This document shows, piece by piece, positions 51,307 through 62,125 of a stretch of DNA of 64,000 nucleotides. This DNA is from a virus (lineage: Duplodnaviria; Caudoviricetes). The notes below the pieces were generated by a model. It ran no database searches and was not told where the DNA came from. It was given only the letters and a program-made list of their open reading frames with translations. The stretch covers positions 224,001 through 288,000 of IMG/VR virus record IMGVR_UViG_3300032030_000005; one strand, given 5' to 3'. The position numbers and the translations under genes were made by a program. Within the stretch, counting starts at the first letter, position 1, and every line of letters begins with the position of its first letter.

Positions 51307-52203
51307 ATGAGTATTGGAATTGTTGATAAACAGACTGGTAATGTAAATACCATTGCAGGTGGTAATTCATCTTCAGTTTTAAATTTACTTAATAGTTTTA
51401 TTGATTTAAAAGCATCTAATACTATTTCGGCTTTTAATAGAAAATGGGTAGATGTTAATACAACATTATCTACTACAATGCCACAGACTGGATTTTTATT
51501 ATTCTTTATTAAAAAAGCTAGAGATGGTTATTCTTTTTATGTTGATAGAAATGGTAAAACTGTTTGGAATTATGATAATTTTGCAGGTGAAAATGATTCT
51601 ACACCAAATGTAAACCTTGTTTTAGGTGAAGCAACTTGTATGATTCCTGTAATGAAAGGTGATACTATTACAGTATCAAGTAATGCTTTAGGTACTACCG
51701 ATGATGAAAAATATTTAATAACTAACTGTAAAATTTTATATAATAATCAATCTGTATATACAATTGATGGAGATAATATTACTACTACTTTGTTCTCTCA
51801 AAAAGTTAAAGAGCTTCAAGGTACATTAACATTATCAGGTAGAAATGGAAATGGTGATGCACTTACATTTACAAATATAGTAAATATGGGTGGATTATTA
51901 AAATATGTAGGAACTGGCACAGATGGAAAGAAGTATTATGAAGGTGCTTTTAGATTTTCTTTTGATGTATCAAGTCCTACATCAACAAATAAATTTTTAG
52001 ATATTAATTTTAATTATTCAAATAATTTTTTCTGTGATGTAACATCTGTTTCATTTGATGGAGATCCTCATAATATATATCTAAGAGGATTAAAAAAAAG
52101 TCAAATATCTTTAGAATATTCAGAATCAGATCCATTAGATTCTACAGCTAGAACTATTGAATTAAGATTTACTGGCACATTTTATGTAGAACCGAATCCA
52201 TAA
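51307..52203 (+). CDS. putative tail fibre-associated protein
   Basis: MIPVMKGDTI-type beta domain; late cluster. Confidence 0.5.
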   Translation: MSIGIVDKQTGNVNTIAGGNSSSVLNLLNSFIDLKASNTISAFNRKWVDVNTTLSTTMPQTGFLLFFIKKARDGYSFYVDRNGKTVWNYDNFAGENDSTPNVNLVLGEATCMIPVMKGDTITVSSNALGTTDDEKYLITNCKILYNNQSVYTIDGDNITTTLFSQKVKELQGTLTLSGRNGNGDALTFTNIVNMGGLLKYVGTGTDGKKYYEGAFRFSFDVSSPTSTNKFLDINFNYSNNFFCDVTSVSFDGDPHNIYLRGLKKSQISLEYSESDPLDSTARTIELRFTGTFYVEPNP

Positions 52204-52309
52204 TATTTATTTTATCCCATAAAAGATTATTTTTTATGGGATAATTTTATCTATTATAAATATAACTAAAATACTTTATTATTAAATATTTAAAGAAAGG
52301 ATGATATTT

Positions 52310-52555
52310 ATGCCAAAAATTTATAAAAAAAATAAAATAATTTCTGAAACAAATGACTCTTGGTATGGTACTCATGAAGAATATGAATTACAAAAATCGA
52401 ATATTCCTTTTGGTACTAAAATTGTATTTACAGATACGGAAAATAAATCTATAAGCTTTAAACCTATAAATGATGAAGATCCAATATCTCCAATTGCAAC
52501 TATTGCTGATTTAGGTGATATACAAACTGCACTAGAGGTGATTCTTAATGGATAA
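52310..52555 (+). CDS. small fibre adaptor protein
   Basis: Paralogous to the N-terminus of the 57048 gene; ends LGDIQTALEVILNG. Confidence 0.65.
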   Translation: MPKIYKKNKIISETNDSWYGTHEEYELQKSNIPFGTKIVFTDTENKSISFKPINDEDPISPIATIADLGDIQTALEVILNG

Positions 52556-55500
52556 TGAGAAGACTATTGCTGAGCTTTTAATTGAGCTTAAAGATGCTAA
52601 AGATAATATAAAAAATGCCCTTTCTAGAAAAGGTATCGAAGTTTCTAATGATATGACAACATTTGCTGATGATATAGATTCTATAGAAAAAAAAGTTTCT
52701 ATTCCAATAGTATTATCAAATGGTACATTTACTAGTGTAACTGCAGACTATAATTCAGTTACTCATGAATATTCAATGCCAGATATTTCATTTTTAAATT
52801 GCAATGATTTCTCAGTTACAAATGTTGAACTTCCTTCTGAAGTTACAATACTTCCTGATAATTGTTTAAAATTCTGTCAAATTACTAGTATTGATTTATC
52901 TAATATTAAAACAATTGGAAGATATGCTTTAGCCAATACTGCTATTGCAACTATAGTTATACCATCAACTGTAGAAAAAGTAGATGCTTATGCTTTTGAT
53001 AATTCTGGTTTAACATCAGTTACTTATGATATCACTTCAACTGCTGTAGATTCAAGAGCATTTACTAATACTGTATACTATACTAATAAAATGGCTAATG
53101 TTACTGATGAATTAGTTGAAGGTAATTCACTTATTGTGGTAAAACCTGAAGCAATTGAAGAAGGTACTTATACAATTCCAGAAGGTGTTACTACTATTGA
53201 ACCAGGTGCTTTAGCTGAATTAGATACTTTAACAGAAGTTGTAATTCCAGAAGGTGTTACTACTATTGGTAATAATGCTTTTGAAGATACCGGTTTAACA
53301 TCAGTTACTTTACCTTCTACTATTACAGAGATTGGTGAAGATACATTTGCAGGTTCTAGCTTGACTGGTTCAGTTACTCTTCCTGTTAATGTCGAAACAG
53401 TCGGTGAAGGAGCTTTCGCTGGAACAAATATTACACAAGTATTAACTGATCCAGAAAATCCTAATGAAATTGAATTCGGTATTGATGCATTTAAAGATAC
53501 ACCTTATTTAAATAATATGGGTATTACTGCTGATGGTGGTGCTTTAGCTGTTACATCAGATCAAATAACTGATTTAACAATCCCTAGCACTATTAAAATA
53601 ACAAATGTAGATACATTATGTAATACAACTAATAATACATTAACAACTATTACTCTTAATGAACCTATTAATTGCATTAAATCATATGCATTTGCAAATA
53701 TTCCAAATCTTGTAAGCTTTACTTGTCCTTCTGTAGATATTGTAGAGGCACATGCATTTGATGGAAATACTGCATTTACTGCATTTAATGTAGGTTCGTG
53801 TAAAGAAATTCGTGATTATGCATTCAAAAATACTGCTATTGAAACATTCGATATTCCTGAAGGCTTAGAATATATGGGTAATAATGTATTTGATGGAAAT
53901 ACTTTATTAACATCTTTCTTAATGGATAGAAATAAATGTATTAATAAAATGGATAATGCATTTGATGGTTCTGCAATAGAAAGACTTAGAGTTAAAGTAA
54001 ATACTCTTAAAAATACATTTATAACTAATCTTACATCTTTAACAAAATGTGAAATCATTATTGATAAATTTCCGCCTAATTTTGGTGCTCTTGGTAATTT
54101 AACTAATTTAGAAGAATTAGTTCTTAATTGTAAAGAAATTGATATGAATTCATTTAATAGATCTTCATCTAATACTAATGAATTATCTATTGAATTAATA
54201 AATGTTGAAAAGATTGGTCCATCATGTTTCAATTATGCTATTAACATGCCTAATGAAACATTTTATCTTCCTAATAGTTTAAAAAGTATTGGTAATGACT
54301 GTTTTAAAAATGCAATCGTTAATAATTTAAATATTGGTAGTGGTTTAAAAGAAATAAATAGTTTTAATAATTTAACAGTACTTGGATCAGAAGGTCTTAC
54401 AATTCCTTCCAATATTAAAAAAGTTGGAGGATTTATGGCACTTAATACTTCTGCATTGACAATTGAAAATGGTGTAGAAGAAATAATGTCTGGTACTATA
54501 AAATTTGAATTTGCATTTAAACAATCTACTGGCTTTACAAGTTTAAATATCCCTAATAGTGTTAAAGAAGTAGGTTATGGTTCTTTTAGTGGGAATACTA
54601 CATTAGAAGATGTTTCAATGTCAGAATCTACAAATCTTGGAAGAGATGCTTTTAGCGGATGTACTAGTTTAAATACAATTATAGACCAGACAACTCATAC
54701 ATTACTTTTCTTGAAAATAGGAAGTACTATTCCTGATGGGGTTATTAAATTAGGGCCTAGATCTATTAAATCTTATACTGGTGATGCTCCTGCGTCTGTA
54801 ACAGTTCTTGGTTTTAAATGTTTACAAAGTTCAACTGGTGATATAAACTTTTTAGGTAATGTAACACGAATTGAAGACTACGCTTTTTCAAATTCTACCA
54901 TGACTGTTAGATTTAAAGGTAATATAATTCCTGATACTACATATTTAGAATATTTTTCTCCATGTTTATCAGATTTATCTTGTCAGCAATCAGATAATAA
55001 TAAAACTTGGAATACTTATGTATGTCAATATTATACTGACTTACAAACAGTAGTAGAGCCAGGACAGATTATAGCTGGAAGTTTATTTAAAGTAATTGAT
55101 AATTTAAATAGAGAACCTACAATTGAAGATCCATTTGTAGTTGAAGATCCTGAAACCGGAGATTTATCTTGTCAAGTACCTGAAGGCGTAACTGGTATTG
55201 GTGATATGTGTTTTATGAAGTATCAAAAAGCAGTATATCTTCCAAATTCAGTTAAAAAGATAGGAACTTATGGTGCTGTAAATGGTAATATGCATCTTAA
55301 AGATCCTTCAAATTCTCAATTAGAATATGTAGGTTATGCAGCTTATACTAGTAAAATGAGTATGTCTAATGGTAAAGCAATGAGTGGTTTGGATGTTGAT
55401 GCATTCCCACAAACTAATAATCTTTGCACTTTCCAAAATGATAGTATAATTTTTGCAGCATCAGGAAATAAAGGTATTGAAGGATTTAAATTTCCTAAAA

Positions 55501-56879
55501 GATTACATATAAATATATCATCTAATCTTAAAAAATTTTTTGATACATGTATAGAGGATGAATGTCATTTAGAGTCTACGGATGGTAGTCAATTTTATAT
55601 CGGATCTGGCAGTTGTTGGTTTATGATGAATAATACTGATGGTACAAGTTCTGGAAATATTTGGTTTGGTATTAATAGAGGACAAAATATAACTCTTCCT
55701 GAAGAAACAAATATATACATACCAATGTATAACAGAGGATCTACATCTATATCTTTTAAATCATTTTATAAGAATATTCCTACTGATCCAAAATATAAAG
55801 ATTATATTACACCATTTGCATTACCAAATAAATTGTTAGAATGTACTGAAGATAGTACTGGAACACTTACTCCTGATAGAATAGTATTTCCAGAAGGTCA
55901 TAAAGTTGTATTGTCATATGCATTTAATAATTTATATAGTGGTAACAATGCTAATATAACTATTGAAAAAGCTCTTAATATACCAGAGATAGTATTATCA
56001 AGTACTATTGAAGAGATCAGAGGTAATATTTTTGGTGTAGCTAAAAAACAAACAAATAATGGACTTTCTAATACATCCGCTATTTGTTATATTAATAATT
56101 TAAAACCATTTAAGATACCTGCTAGTTGTAAGAAATTATGCACTGCAGCGCTTATTGGTGCTGGTGGTTTTATTGGTATTGATTTTAATGATAAACTTGA
56201 ATATATAGGAGACTATGCATTATTCAATTGTGGAAGTATAGTTGCAAACTCAAATACTGATGATATAAAAAATGCCATACTTCCTATAACAGTTCCACCA
56301 TCAGTAACTTATATAGGCGATTATGCATTTGGTAAATGTGGTTATAAGAAAATTGAATTCACTAATGGTAATGCAGTTTACGGTAAATATTTATGTTGGA
56401 ATGCAAACAAATTAGAAGAAGTAATTATTCCAGAAGGTGTTACCGAAATTCCAGATTATGCTTTCTATGGTTGTACTTCTTTAAAAACTGTTAAACTTCC
56501 TAGCACTTTAAAGACTATAGGTATTGGTGCTTTCTATGGTTGTACATCATTAGTATCTATTAATATACCAGACAGTGTAGAAGAATTAAAAAATACATGC
56601 TTCTATGGTTGTACATCATTAGACTTAATCCATATACCAAATTCAATTAAAGTAATAGGTGAAGAAGTTTTTGTTAACTGTAATGCTTTAGATTCTCATG
56701 TATTTGAGTTACCTAATTGTATTGAAAGTATAGCTTCTAATGCTTTCAATTTAAACGGTACAGATACTTCCTCTACAAAAAAGTGTTATATCAAAATAGA
56801 TAAAAGAACTAATAGCGTTATTAATTCACCATTTGACAATGGAAGAAATCTTAATGAAGTAACATGGCTTAGAAACTAA
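52548..56879 (+). CDS. BspA-type leucine-rich repeat (LRR_5) protein
   Basis: Many IPEGVT.IG..AF.GC..L repeats. Confidence 0.9.
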   Translation: MDNEKTIAELLIELKDAKDNIKNALSRKGIEVSNDMTTFADDIDSIEKKVSIPIVLSNGTFTSVTADYNSVTHEYSMPDISFLNCNDFSVTNVELPSEVTILPDNCLKFCQITSIDLSNIKTIGRYALANTAIATIVIPSTVEKVDAYAFDNSGLTSVTYDITSTAVDSRAFTNTVYYTNKMANVTDELVEGNSLIVVKPEAIEEGTYTIPEGVTTIEPGALAELDTLTEVVIPEGVTTIGNNAFEDTGLTSVTLPSTITEIGEDTFAGSSLTGSVTLPVNVETVGEGAFAGTNITQVLTDPENPNEIEFGIDAFKDTPYLNNMGITADGGALAVTSDQITDLTIPSTIKITNVDTLCNTTNNTLTTITLNEPINCIKSYAFANIPNLVSFTCPSVDIVEAHAFDGNTAFTAFNVGSCKEIRDYAFKNTAIETFDIPEGLEYMGNNVFDGNTLLTSFLMDRNKCINKMDNAFDGSAIERLRVKVNTLKNTFITNLTSLTKCEIIIDKFPPNFGALGNLTNLEELVLNCKEIDMNSFNRSSSNTNELSIELINVEKIGPSCFNYAINMPNETFYLPNSLKSIGNDCFKNAIVNNLNIGSGLKEINSFNNLTVLGSEGLTIPSNIKKVGGFMALNTSALTIENGVEEIMSGTIKFEFAFKQSTGFTSLNIPNSVKEVGYGSFSGNTTLEDVSMSESTNLGRDAFSGCTSLNTIIDQTTHTLLFLKIGSTIPDGVIKLGPRSIKSYTGDAPASVTVLGFKCLQSSTGDINFLGNVTRIEDYAFSNSTMTVRFKGNIIPDTTYLEYFSPCLSDLSCQQSDNNKTWNTYVCQYYTDLQTVVEPGQIIAGSLFKVIDNLNREPTIEDPFVVEDPETGDLSCQVPEGVTGIGDMCFMKYQKAVYLPNSVKKIGTYGAVNGNMHLKDPSNSQLEYVGYAAYTSKMSMSNGKAMSGLDVDAFPQTNNLCTFQNDSIIFAASGNKGIEGFKFPKRLHINISSNLKKFFDTCIEDECHLESTDGSQFYIGSGSCWFMMNNTDGTSSGNIWFGINRGQNITLPEETNIYIPMYNRGSTSISFKSFYKNIPTDPKYKDYITPFALPNKLLECTEDSTGTLTPDRIVFPEGHKVVLSYAFNNLYSGNNANITIEKALNIPEIVLSSTIEEIRGNIFGVAKKQTNNGLSNTSAICYINNLKPFKIPASCKKLCTAALIGAGGFIGIDFNDKLEYIGDYALFNCGSIVANSNTDDIKNAILPITVPPSVTYIGDYAFGKCGYKKIEFTNGNAVYGKYLCWNANKLEEVIIPEGVTEIPDYAFYGCTSLKTVKLPSTLKTIGIGAFYGCTSLVSINIPDSVEELKNTCFYGCTSLDLIHIPNSIKVIGEEVFVNCNALDSHVFELPNCIESIASNAFNLNGTDTSSTKKCYIKIDKRTNSVINSPFDNGRNLNEVTWLRN

Positions 56880-56883
56880 AAAA

Positions 56884-56925
56884 AAAAATATCCCTAAAGA
56901 TTATATAATCTTTAGGGATATTTTT
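56884..56925. repeat. perfect 42-bp palindrome / terminator
   Basis: AAAAATATCCCTAAAGATTATATAATCTTTAGGGATATTTTT. Confidence 0.85.
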
Positions 56926-57047
56926 CAAAAGTTATTATTAATCATTAATCTTTTTATAAAATAATTTATAATATTGTATTTTATTAAAAAGCCTTTACCA
57001 AAAACAGCTATTTATAAAATATATTGAAAGAAAGGAAAGTGATATTT

Positions 57048-60000
57048 ATGAGCAAAATTATCAGAAAAGGTAACATCTTAGCTGAAAGTAATGACACTTG
57101 GATGGGTACTAAAGCTGAATATGAAGCTGTTAAAGAAACCATACCTTTTGGTACTAAGATAGTTATTATTGATGGTGATAATAAAGGTGTATTCTTTATG
57201 CCTGAAGAGTCTATTGAACCATTAATTCAAACTGGTACAAAGGGTGATCCAGGTATAGGTATTAGAACTGCTAGTGTAAATCAGCAAGGTAATCTTATAT
57301 TAACATTAACAAATAACACTCAAATAAATGCTGGTAAAGTTGTTGGTGCAGACGGTGCTGATGGTAAAAGTGTAACATCTGTTACAAAAACTAAAACTGA
57401 AGGCTTAGTAGATACATATACTGTTACATATACAGACGGTACTACAAATATCTTCACAGTTTCTAATGGTGCAAATGGACAAGATGGTAAAGGTATAAAA
57501 AGTGTTACAAAAACTGCCACTGTAGAAAATGTAGATACATATACTATTAAATATACAGATAATTCTACAACTACATTTACCGTTACAAATGGTATTAATG
57601 GTGCCACAGGTGCAGCAGGTAAAGGTATAAAGACTATTGCAAAAACAGGTTCATCTGGCAAAATAGATACTTATACTATTACATATACTGATAATGCAAC
57701 AACTACATTCTTAGTTACTAATGGTAGTGATGGTAGAAACGGTAATGATGGTGTTGGTATTGAAAGTATTGCTTTACAAGGTCATTTAGGAAATGTAGAT
57801 ACTTATGTAATTCAATATACTAATGATACTTCAACTACATTCAATGTTACAAATGGTATTAATGGTGTAGACGGTAATGATGGTAGTGATGGTATTTCTA
57901 TTGTTAGTGCTGTTGTTAATGGACAAGGTGAACTTGTCCTCACATTAAGTGATGGTAATACTATTAATGCAGGTGAAGTTAAAGGTAAAGATGGTACTTC
58001 CATTAACATCATAGATAGCTTAAGTAGTTCAAGTCAGCTTCCTTCAACAGGACAAGTTAAAGGTGACTCTTATTTAATCTCTGGTGACTTATGGGTATAT
58101 ACTAATAGTTCTGATCCAGACGCTGTTAATGGTTTTAAAAATGTAGGTAGAATTCAAGGACCTACTGGTAAAGGTATTGTAAGTGCAAATATTACTGATG
58201 GTAAATTATATTTAACATATTCTGATTCAGCAACCCCAGTTTTAATAGGCGATGTTAGAGGTGATACTGGTAGAGGTATTTCAACTGTTGCCAAGACTGG
58301 TTCCGCTGGTTTAATAGATACTTATACTATTACATATACAGATGCAACTACCTCTACATTTACAGTAGTTAATGGTGCTAACGGTGCCACAGGTGCTGCT
58401 GGTAGAAGTGTAACCAATATTGCTAAAACAGGTAGTGCTGGTTTAGTAGATACTTATACTATTACTTATTCAGATAGTACTACATCTACATATACAGTTA
58501 CTAATGGTGCAAATGGTGAAGACGGCCAAGATGGTGTTGGCATTGCTTCTTTTGAAAAGACTGGTTCTGTAGGATTAGTAGATACATACACTATTACATA
58601 TACAGATGGTAATACTGATACATTCACTGTTACTAATGGTGCAGATGGTGAAGATGGTTCTACAGGTGCAACTGGTGTAGGCATTGTTTCTGTAACAAAG
58701 ACTAATACTTCAGGATTAGTAGATACATATACTATTACATTTAGTGATGATACAACTACTACATTCAATATTACTAATGGTGCTAATGGTTCTACAGGTG
58801 CTGCCGGTAGAGGTATTCAAGGTATTGCTAAAACAGGTACGGTATCAAATGTAGATACTTATACAGTAACTCTTACTGATGGCACAACTACAACATTTGA
58901 TGTTACAAACGGTACTAATGGTGCAAACGGAATATCTGTTACAAATGCGACAATTAACTCTAGTGGTGAATTAATCTTCACATTCTCAGCTGGTGATCCT
59001 GTAAATGTAGGACGTGTTGTAGGTAATAACGGTGTATCAATTTCTAGTATAGCAAAGACTGATACTGAAGGCTTAGTAGATACATATACTATTACATTTA
59101 GTGATAGTACAACTACAACATTTAATGTTACTAATGGTGCAAACGGTGCTGCAGGTGCAACTGGTAGAGGTATTCAAGGTATTGCTAAAACAAGTACTAC
59201 TGGTTTAACTGATACATATACTATTACATATACAGATAACACTACATCAACTTATACAGTTGTTAATGGTACTGTAGGTGCTACTGGTAAAGGAATTGCT
59301 GATATTTCTTATACATCAACTTCAGGATTAGAAGATACATATACTATTACATACACAGATGGTGATACTGATACATTTGTAGTTACAAACGGTGCTGCAG
59401 GTGCAACTGGTAGAGGTATTGTTTCTATCACTAATACAGCTACAGAAGGATTAATTGATACATACACAATTGCTTATAGTAATGGTACAACTTCTACATT
59501 CACTGTTACTAATGGTGCTAAAGGTCAAGATGGTGCTAATGGTGCAGATGGTGATGATGGTAGAGGTATTGTTTCTGTTGCTAAAACAAGTACTTCAGGA
59601 TTAGTAGATACATATACTATTACATATAGCGATAGTACTACATCTACATTCACTGTTACTAATGGTGCAGATGGTGCATCAGGTGGTATTGTACAACGTT
59701 ATGTACCAAAGTATGCACACCGTGAAGGAAACGATGTTTATTTTGAAGCAAAGATTGATCCAGGTTGTGATTATGTATTCGATACCACCTCATACACTTG
59801 GACAGGTTTACAACCAAAGGATTCAAATGGCTCTAATACTCGTGGTGAAATAGCTCATGGTCCTAATGATACAAGAGTTGCGTTTACCGCAGCATCAAAT
59901 GAAACTCAATGTCAAATGCGATTCTATCCGGGTGTCGGTGTAGAATTTGATCAAATTGATTGGACAAAGATTTCATTTATTAAAGTCGGTGAAACTGCGG

Positions 60001-61160
60001 CTGAATGTTCAGGTCATAATGCTGCTGATATTGAACGACTTGATGGTTCTGCAGTAATGCCTCCAAAACAATCAACAAATATTATTGATATTCTTGAAGG
60101 AGCTACACAAGCAAATCCTGTTAAGATTACACTTATGGGTGACTCAATTACAAATGGTTACTCTGCAGATAGTGGTAAATCTTGGGCTGCTTTATTAGAA
60201 TCATATATCGAAAGCAAGTATCAGTATGTTACAGTAGTAAATACTGGTGTATCTGGATGGAAGAGTTCAGATGCTGTATCAAATCTTGAAACTGCATTAC
60301 CATCTGGTACAACTGTTGCAATTGCAATGTTTGGTACAAACAACCGTCAAAGCCAAGCATATATGGATGCATTATATGGTGACTACACCACAATGTACAA
60401 TCGTGCTAAGAGTATGGGTGCTAAGTTCATACCAATGTGCTGTACAGCAGAAACATTGGTAAATGAATCAATCACTGCAAAGTATGTTGCAACAATGGAT
60501 GCTGTTGAACGTATTATCGCAAAATGGGCAGTGGATCATAATATGGAAATGATCAACCTTTACGAAGGTTTACTCAAGTACTGTAATTATGATTCGGATA
60601 AGTTTGATAAGCTGTTCAATCAAACAGAAACAACAACTGTCGGTGGTCAAACATATCCATTTCACATTCATCCGAATAATGATGGTCACTACATCATGTA
60701 TCGTTTGATTTGTGAAGCTTTAGGATGCAATGCGCCAGTAGCTCAGTATACAGCACCAGTTGGCGGTGGCGGATCAACAAAATACTTACATAGAATATAT
60801 CTCTATAGAAAAGGATACTATTATGTCGGATTTGATTTATATACAAGTTCAGATACATCATTCCAAGGTGATACTCAGGAAATGTTTAATGCACTTGCTG
60901 CAGAATTCACAGCTCAAAACTTTACTAACTTCTCATGGAGAAGTATTCCTCATGCAACTGGTTGGTATAGAGAAACATCTGATGGTACAGCTATTACAAT
61001 TGGAGCGATATACTATGATGGTACTGATTTCGTTGGTATTCGTGAAGGTGTTTCATTAACAACATTTAATAATGCTACAATCAAGCTCACTAACATGAAA
61101 TCATTCACTACTGCACCAAAGGGTACTATATTTGATAATAATATCATAGCCATTGGTTAA
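57048..61160 (+). CDS. tail fibre with 14 DTY.I.Y.D/collagen-like repeats and an SGNH/GDSL esterase domain
   Basis: GDSIT, GVSG, GTNN, HP blocks; roughly 40-aa repeats at 57360-59680. Confidence 0.8.
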   Translation: MSKIIRKGNILAESNDTWMGTKAEYEAVKETIPFGTKIVIIDGDNKGVFFMPEESIEPLIQTGTKGDPGIGIRTASVNQQGNLILTLTNNTQINAGKVVGADGADGKSVTSVTKTKTEGLVDTYTVTYTDGTTNIFTVSNGANGQDGKGIKSVTKTATVENVDTYTIKYTDNSTTTFTVTNGINGATGAAGKGIKTIAKTGSSGKIDTYTITYTDNATTTFLVTNGSDGRNGNDGVGIESIALQGHLGNVDTYVIQYTNDTSTTFNVTNGINGVDGNDGSDGISIVSAVVNGQGELVLTLSDGNTINAGEVKGKDGTSINIIDSLSSSSQLPSTGQVKGDSYLISGDLWVYTNSSDPDAVNGFKNVGRIQGPTGKGIVSANITDGKLYLTYSDSATPVLIGDVRGDTGRGISTVAKTGSAGLIDTYTITYTDATTSTFTVVNGANGATGAAGRSVTNIAKTGSAGLVDTYTITYSDSTTSTYTVTNGANGEDGQDGVGIASFEKTGSVGLVDTYTITYTDGNTDTFTVTNGADGEDGSTGATGVGIVSVTKTNTSGLVDTYTITFSDDTTTTFNITNGANGSTGAAGRGIQGIAKTGTVSNVDTYTVTLTDGTTTTFDVTNGTNGANGISVTNATINSSGELIFTFSAGDPVNVGRVVGNNGVSISSIAKTDTEGLVDTYTITFSDSTTTTFNVTNGANGAAGATGRGIQGIAKTSTTGLTDTYTITYTDNTTSTYTVVNGTVGATGKGIADISYTSTSGLEDTYTITYTDGDTDTFVVTNGAAGATGRGIVSITNTATEGLIDTYTIAYSNGTTSTFTVTNGAKGQDGANGADGDDGRGIVSVAKTSTSGLVDTYTITYSDSTTSTFTVTNGADGASGGIVQRYVPKYAHREGNDVYFEAKIDPGCDYVFDTTSYTWTGLQPKDSNGSNTRGEIAHGPNDTRVAFTAASNETQCQMRFYPGVGVEFDQIDWTKISFIKVGETAAECSGHNAADIERLDGSAVMPPKQSTNIIDILEGATQANPVKITLMGDSITNGYSADSGKSWAALLESYIESKYQYVTVVNTGVSGWKSSDAVSNLETALPSGTTVAIAMFGTNNRQSQAYMDALYGDYTTMYNRAKSMGAKFIPMCCTAETLVNESITAKYVATMDAVERIIAKWAVDHNMEMINLYEGLLKYCNYDSDKFDKLFNQTETTTVGGQTYPFHIHPNNDGHYIMYRLICEALGCNAPVAQYTAPVGGGGSTKYLHRIYLYRKGYYYVGFDLYTSSDTSFQGDTQEMFNALAAEFTAQNFTNFSWRSIPHATGWYRETSDGTAITIGAIYYDGTDFVGIREGVSLTTFNNATIKLTNMKSFTTAPKGTIFDNNIIAIG

Positions 61161-61230
61161 TGAAGAGGACCTTCAATAGAATTATCTTCTAGATATATTT
61201 ACATTAATAGTTCTTATTTAATCTAAAAAA

Positions 61231-61260
61231 ATCCCTAAAGACTATATAGTCTTTAGGGAT
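61231..61260. repeat. perfect 30-bp palindrome / terminator
   Basis: ATCCCTAAAGACTATATAGTCTTTAGGGAT. Confidence 0.9.
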
Positions 61261-61266
61261 AACTTT

Positions 61267-61607
61267 TTAAGGATAAATTGTTACAAGCTTTTTAATTACT
61301 CGTTTTTCAATTTCTCTTTTTTCAGTTTCTACAACTTGTACCAGTACGATGGTAAGTTCTTTTCCTTTGCTTCCTGGCAGTCTACCAATAGATAGCTTAT
61401 TTTCTTTAAAATTCTTATTTCTAAATAAGAAATCATCAGCTCGCCAGTCTGTATCAAACAATAATTCACTGTATATTGGTAATACTTCTTTAGTCCAAGA
61501 ACCACTCCACTGGAAGTTTTCACTCTTCTTTATAGAACAGAATACATGATGATCTGATTCTACTACTTTGCATACCTAAGATTTCGTATAGTCAAACTAT
61601 TCATCAT
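61267..61607 (-). pseudogene. frameshifted small gene (or -1 programmed frameshift)
   Basis: ATG 61607 gives MMNSLTIRNLRYAK*; the -1 frame is open from about 61575 to 61267. Confidence 0.45.
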
Positions 61608-62125
61608 ATTAATTTCTCCGTTATAGTTTCAAATAATCCTTTACTTCTAAACATTTCAAAGTATTGAGTTAAAAGATTTTTTCTTTTTTCATCATCTTTT
61701 ATATTAAGTAAAGGTATACAAAAACGCTTAAAATGTTCAGCATACCAATCTGGTTGATCCTCAAATTTATTTGGATCAAAATTTTCTAATAGTTCATAAC
61801 CTCGTTTACTTGCATCTCCATCACCTATCATATCTTTAAGTTTTTCAATATGATCTAGGTCTTTTACATACACATCCCATTCCGCTAGGAAATATGGAAA
61901 TGCAAAATTATTGCATTCTGGATTATTAATTAATTCATCCATATGATTAGAGATGCAGTTTGCAAAATCATCATCATTAAAATCTTCATCATCAAAGATT
62001 TTATAATATTCATCCGTTAATCTTTTATCATCTGGTTTATATACAGATAATGCCGCTATTTTAATTTTAGCAGAATAATCCATAGGTGTATCTCCACCCA
62101 TAAAATGACCGCTCCAGTATCCCAT
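61604..62125 (-). CDS. early hypothetical protein
   Basis: RBS AAGGAGG; early promoter 62191. Confidence 0.75.
   Translation of the reverse strand: MGYWSGHFMGGDTPMDYSAKIKIAALSVYKPDDKRLTDEYYKIFDDEDFNDDDFANCISNHMDELINNPECNNFAFPYFLAEWDVYVKDLDHIEKLKDMIGDGDASKRGYELLENFDPNKFEDQPDWYAEHFKRFCIPLLNIKDDEKRKNLLTQYFEMFRSKGLFETITEKLI

Noticed and set aside
52548-52555. Programmed frameshift fusing the adaptor and LRR genes
   Set aside because: The LRR gene has its own RBS (GAGGTG) and ATG, and there is no slippery site; ordinary translational coupling explains it.
57320-58768. Antisense ORFs within the fibre gene, and similar shadow ORFs at 4520, 5042, 23666, 27085, 30612, 32225, 44442, 53816
   Set aside because: Mirror-frame artefacts of codon bias; no RBS or promoter.
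57360-59680. DGR template/variable repeat or DNA-level repeat array
   Set aside because: The repeats are in-frame protein repeats with synonymous variation. No reverse transcriptase or adenine-specific mismatch pair was seen.
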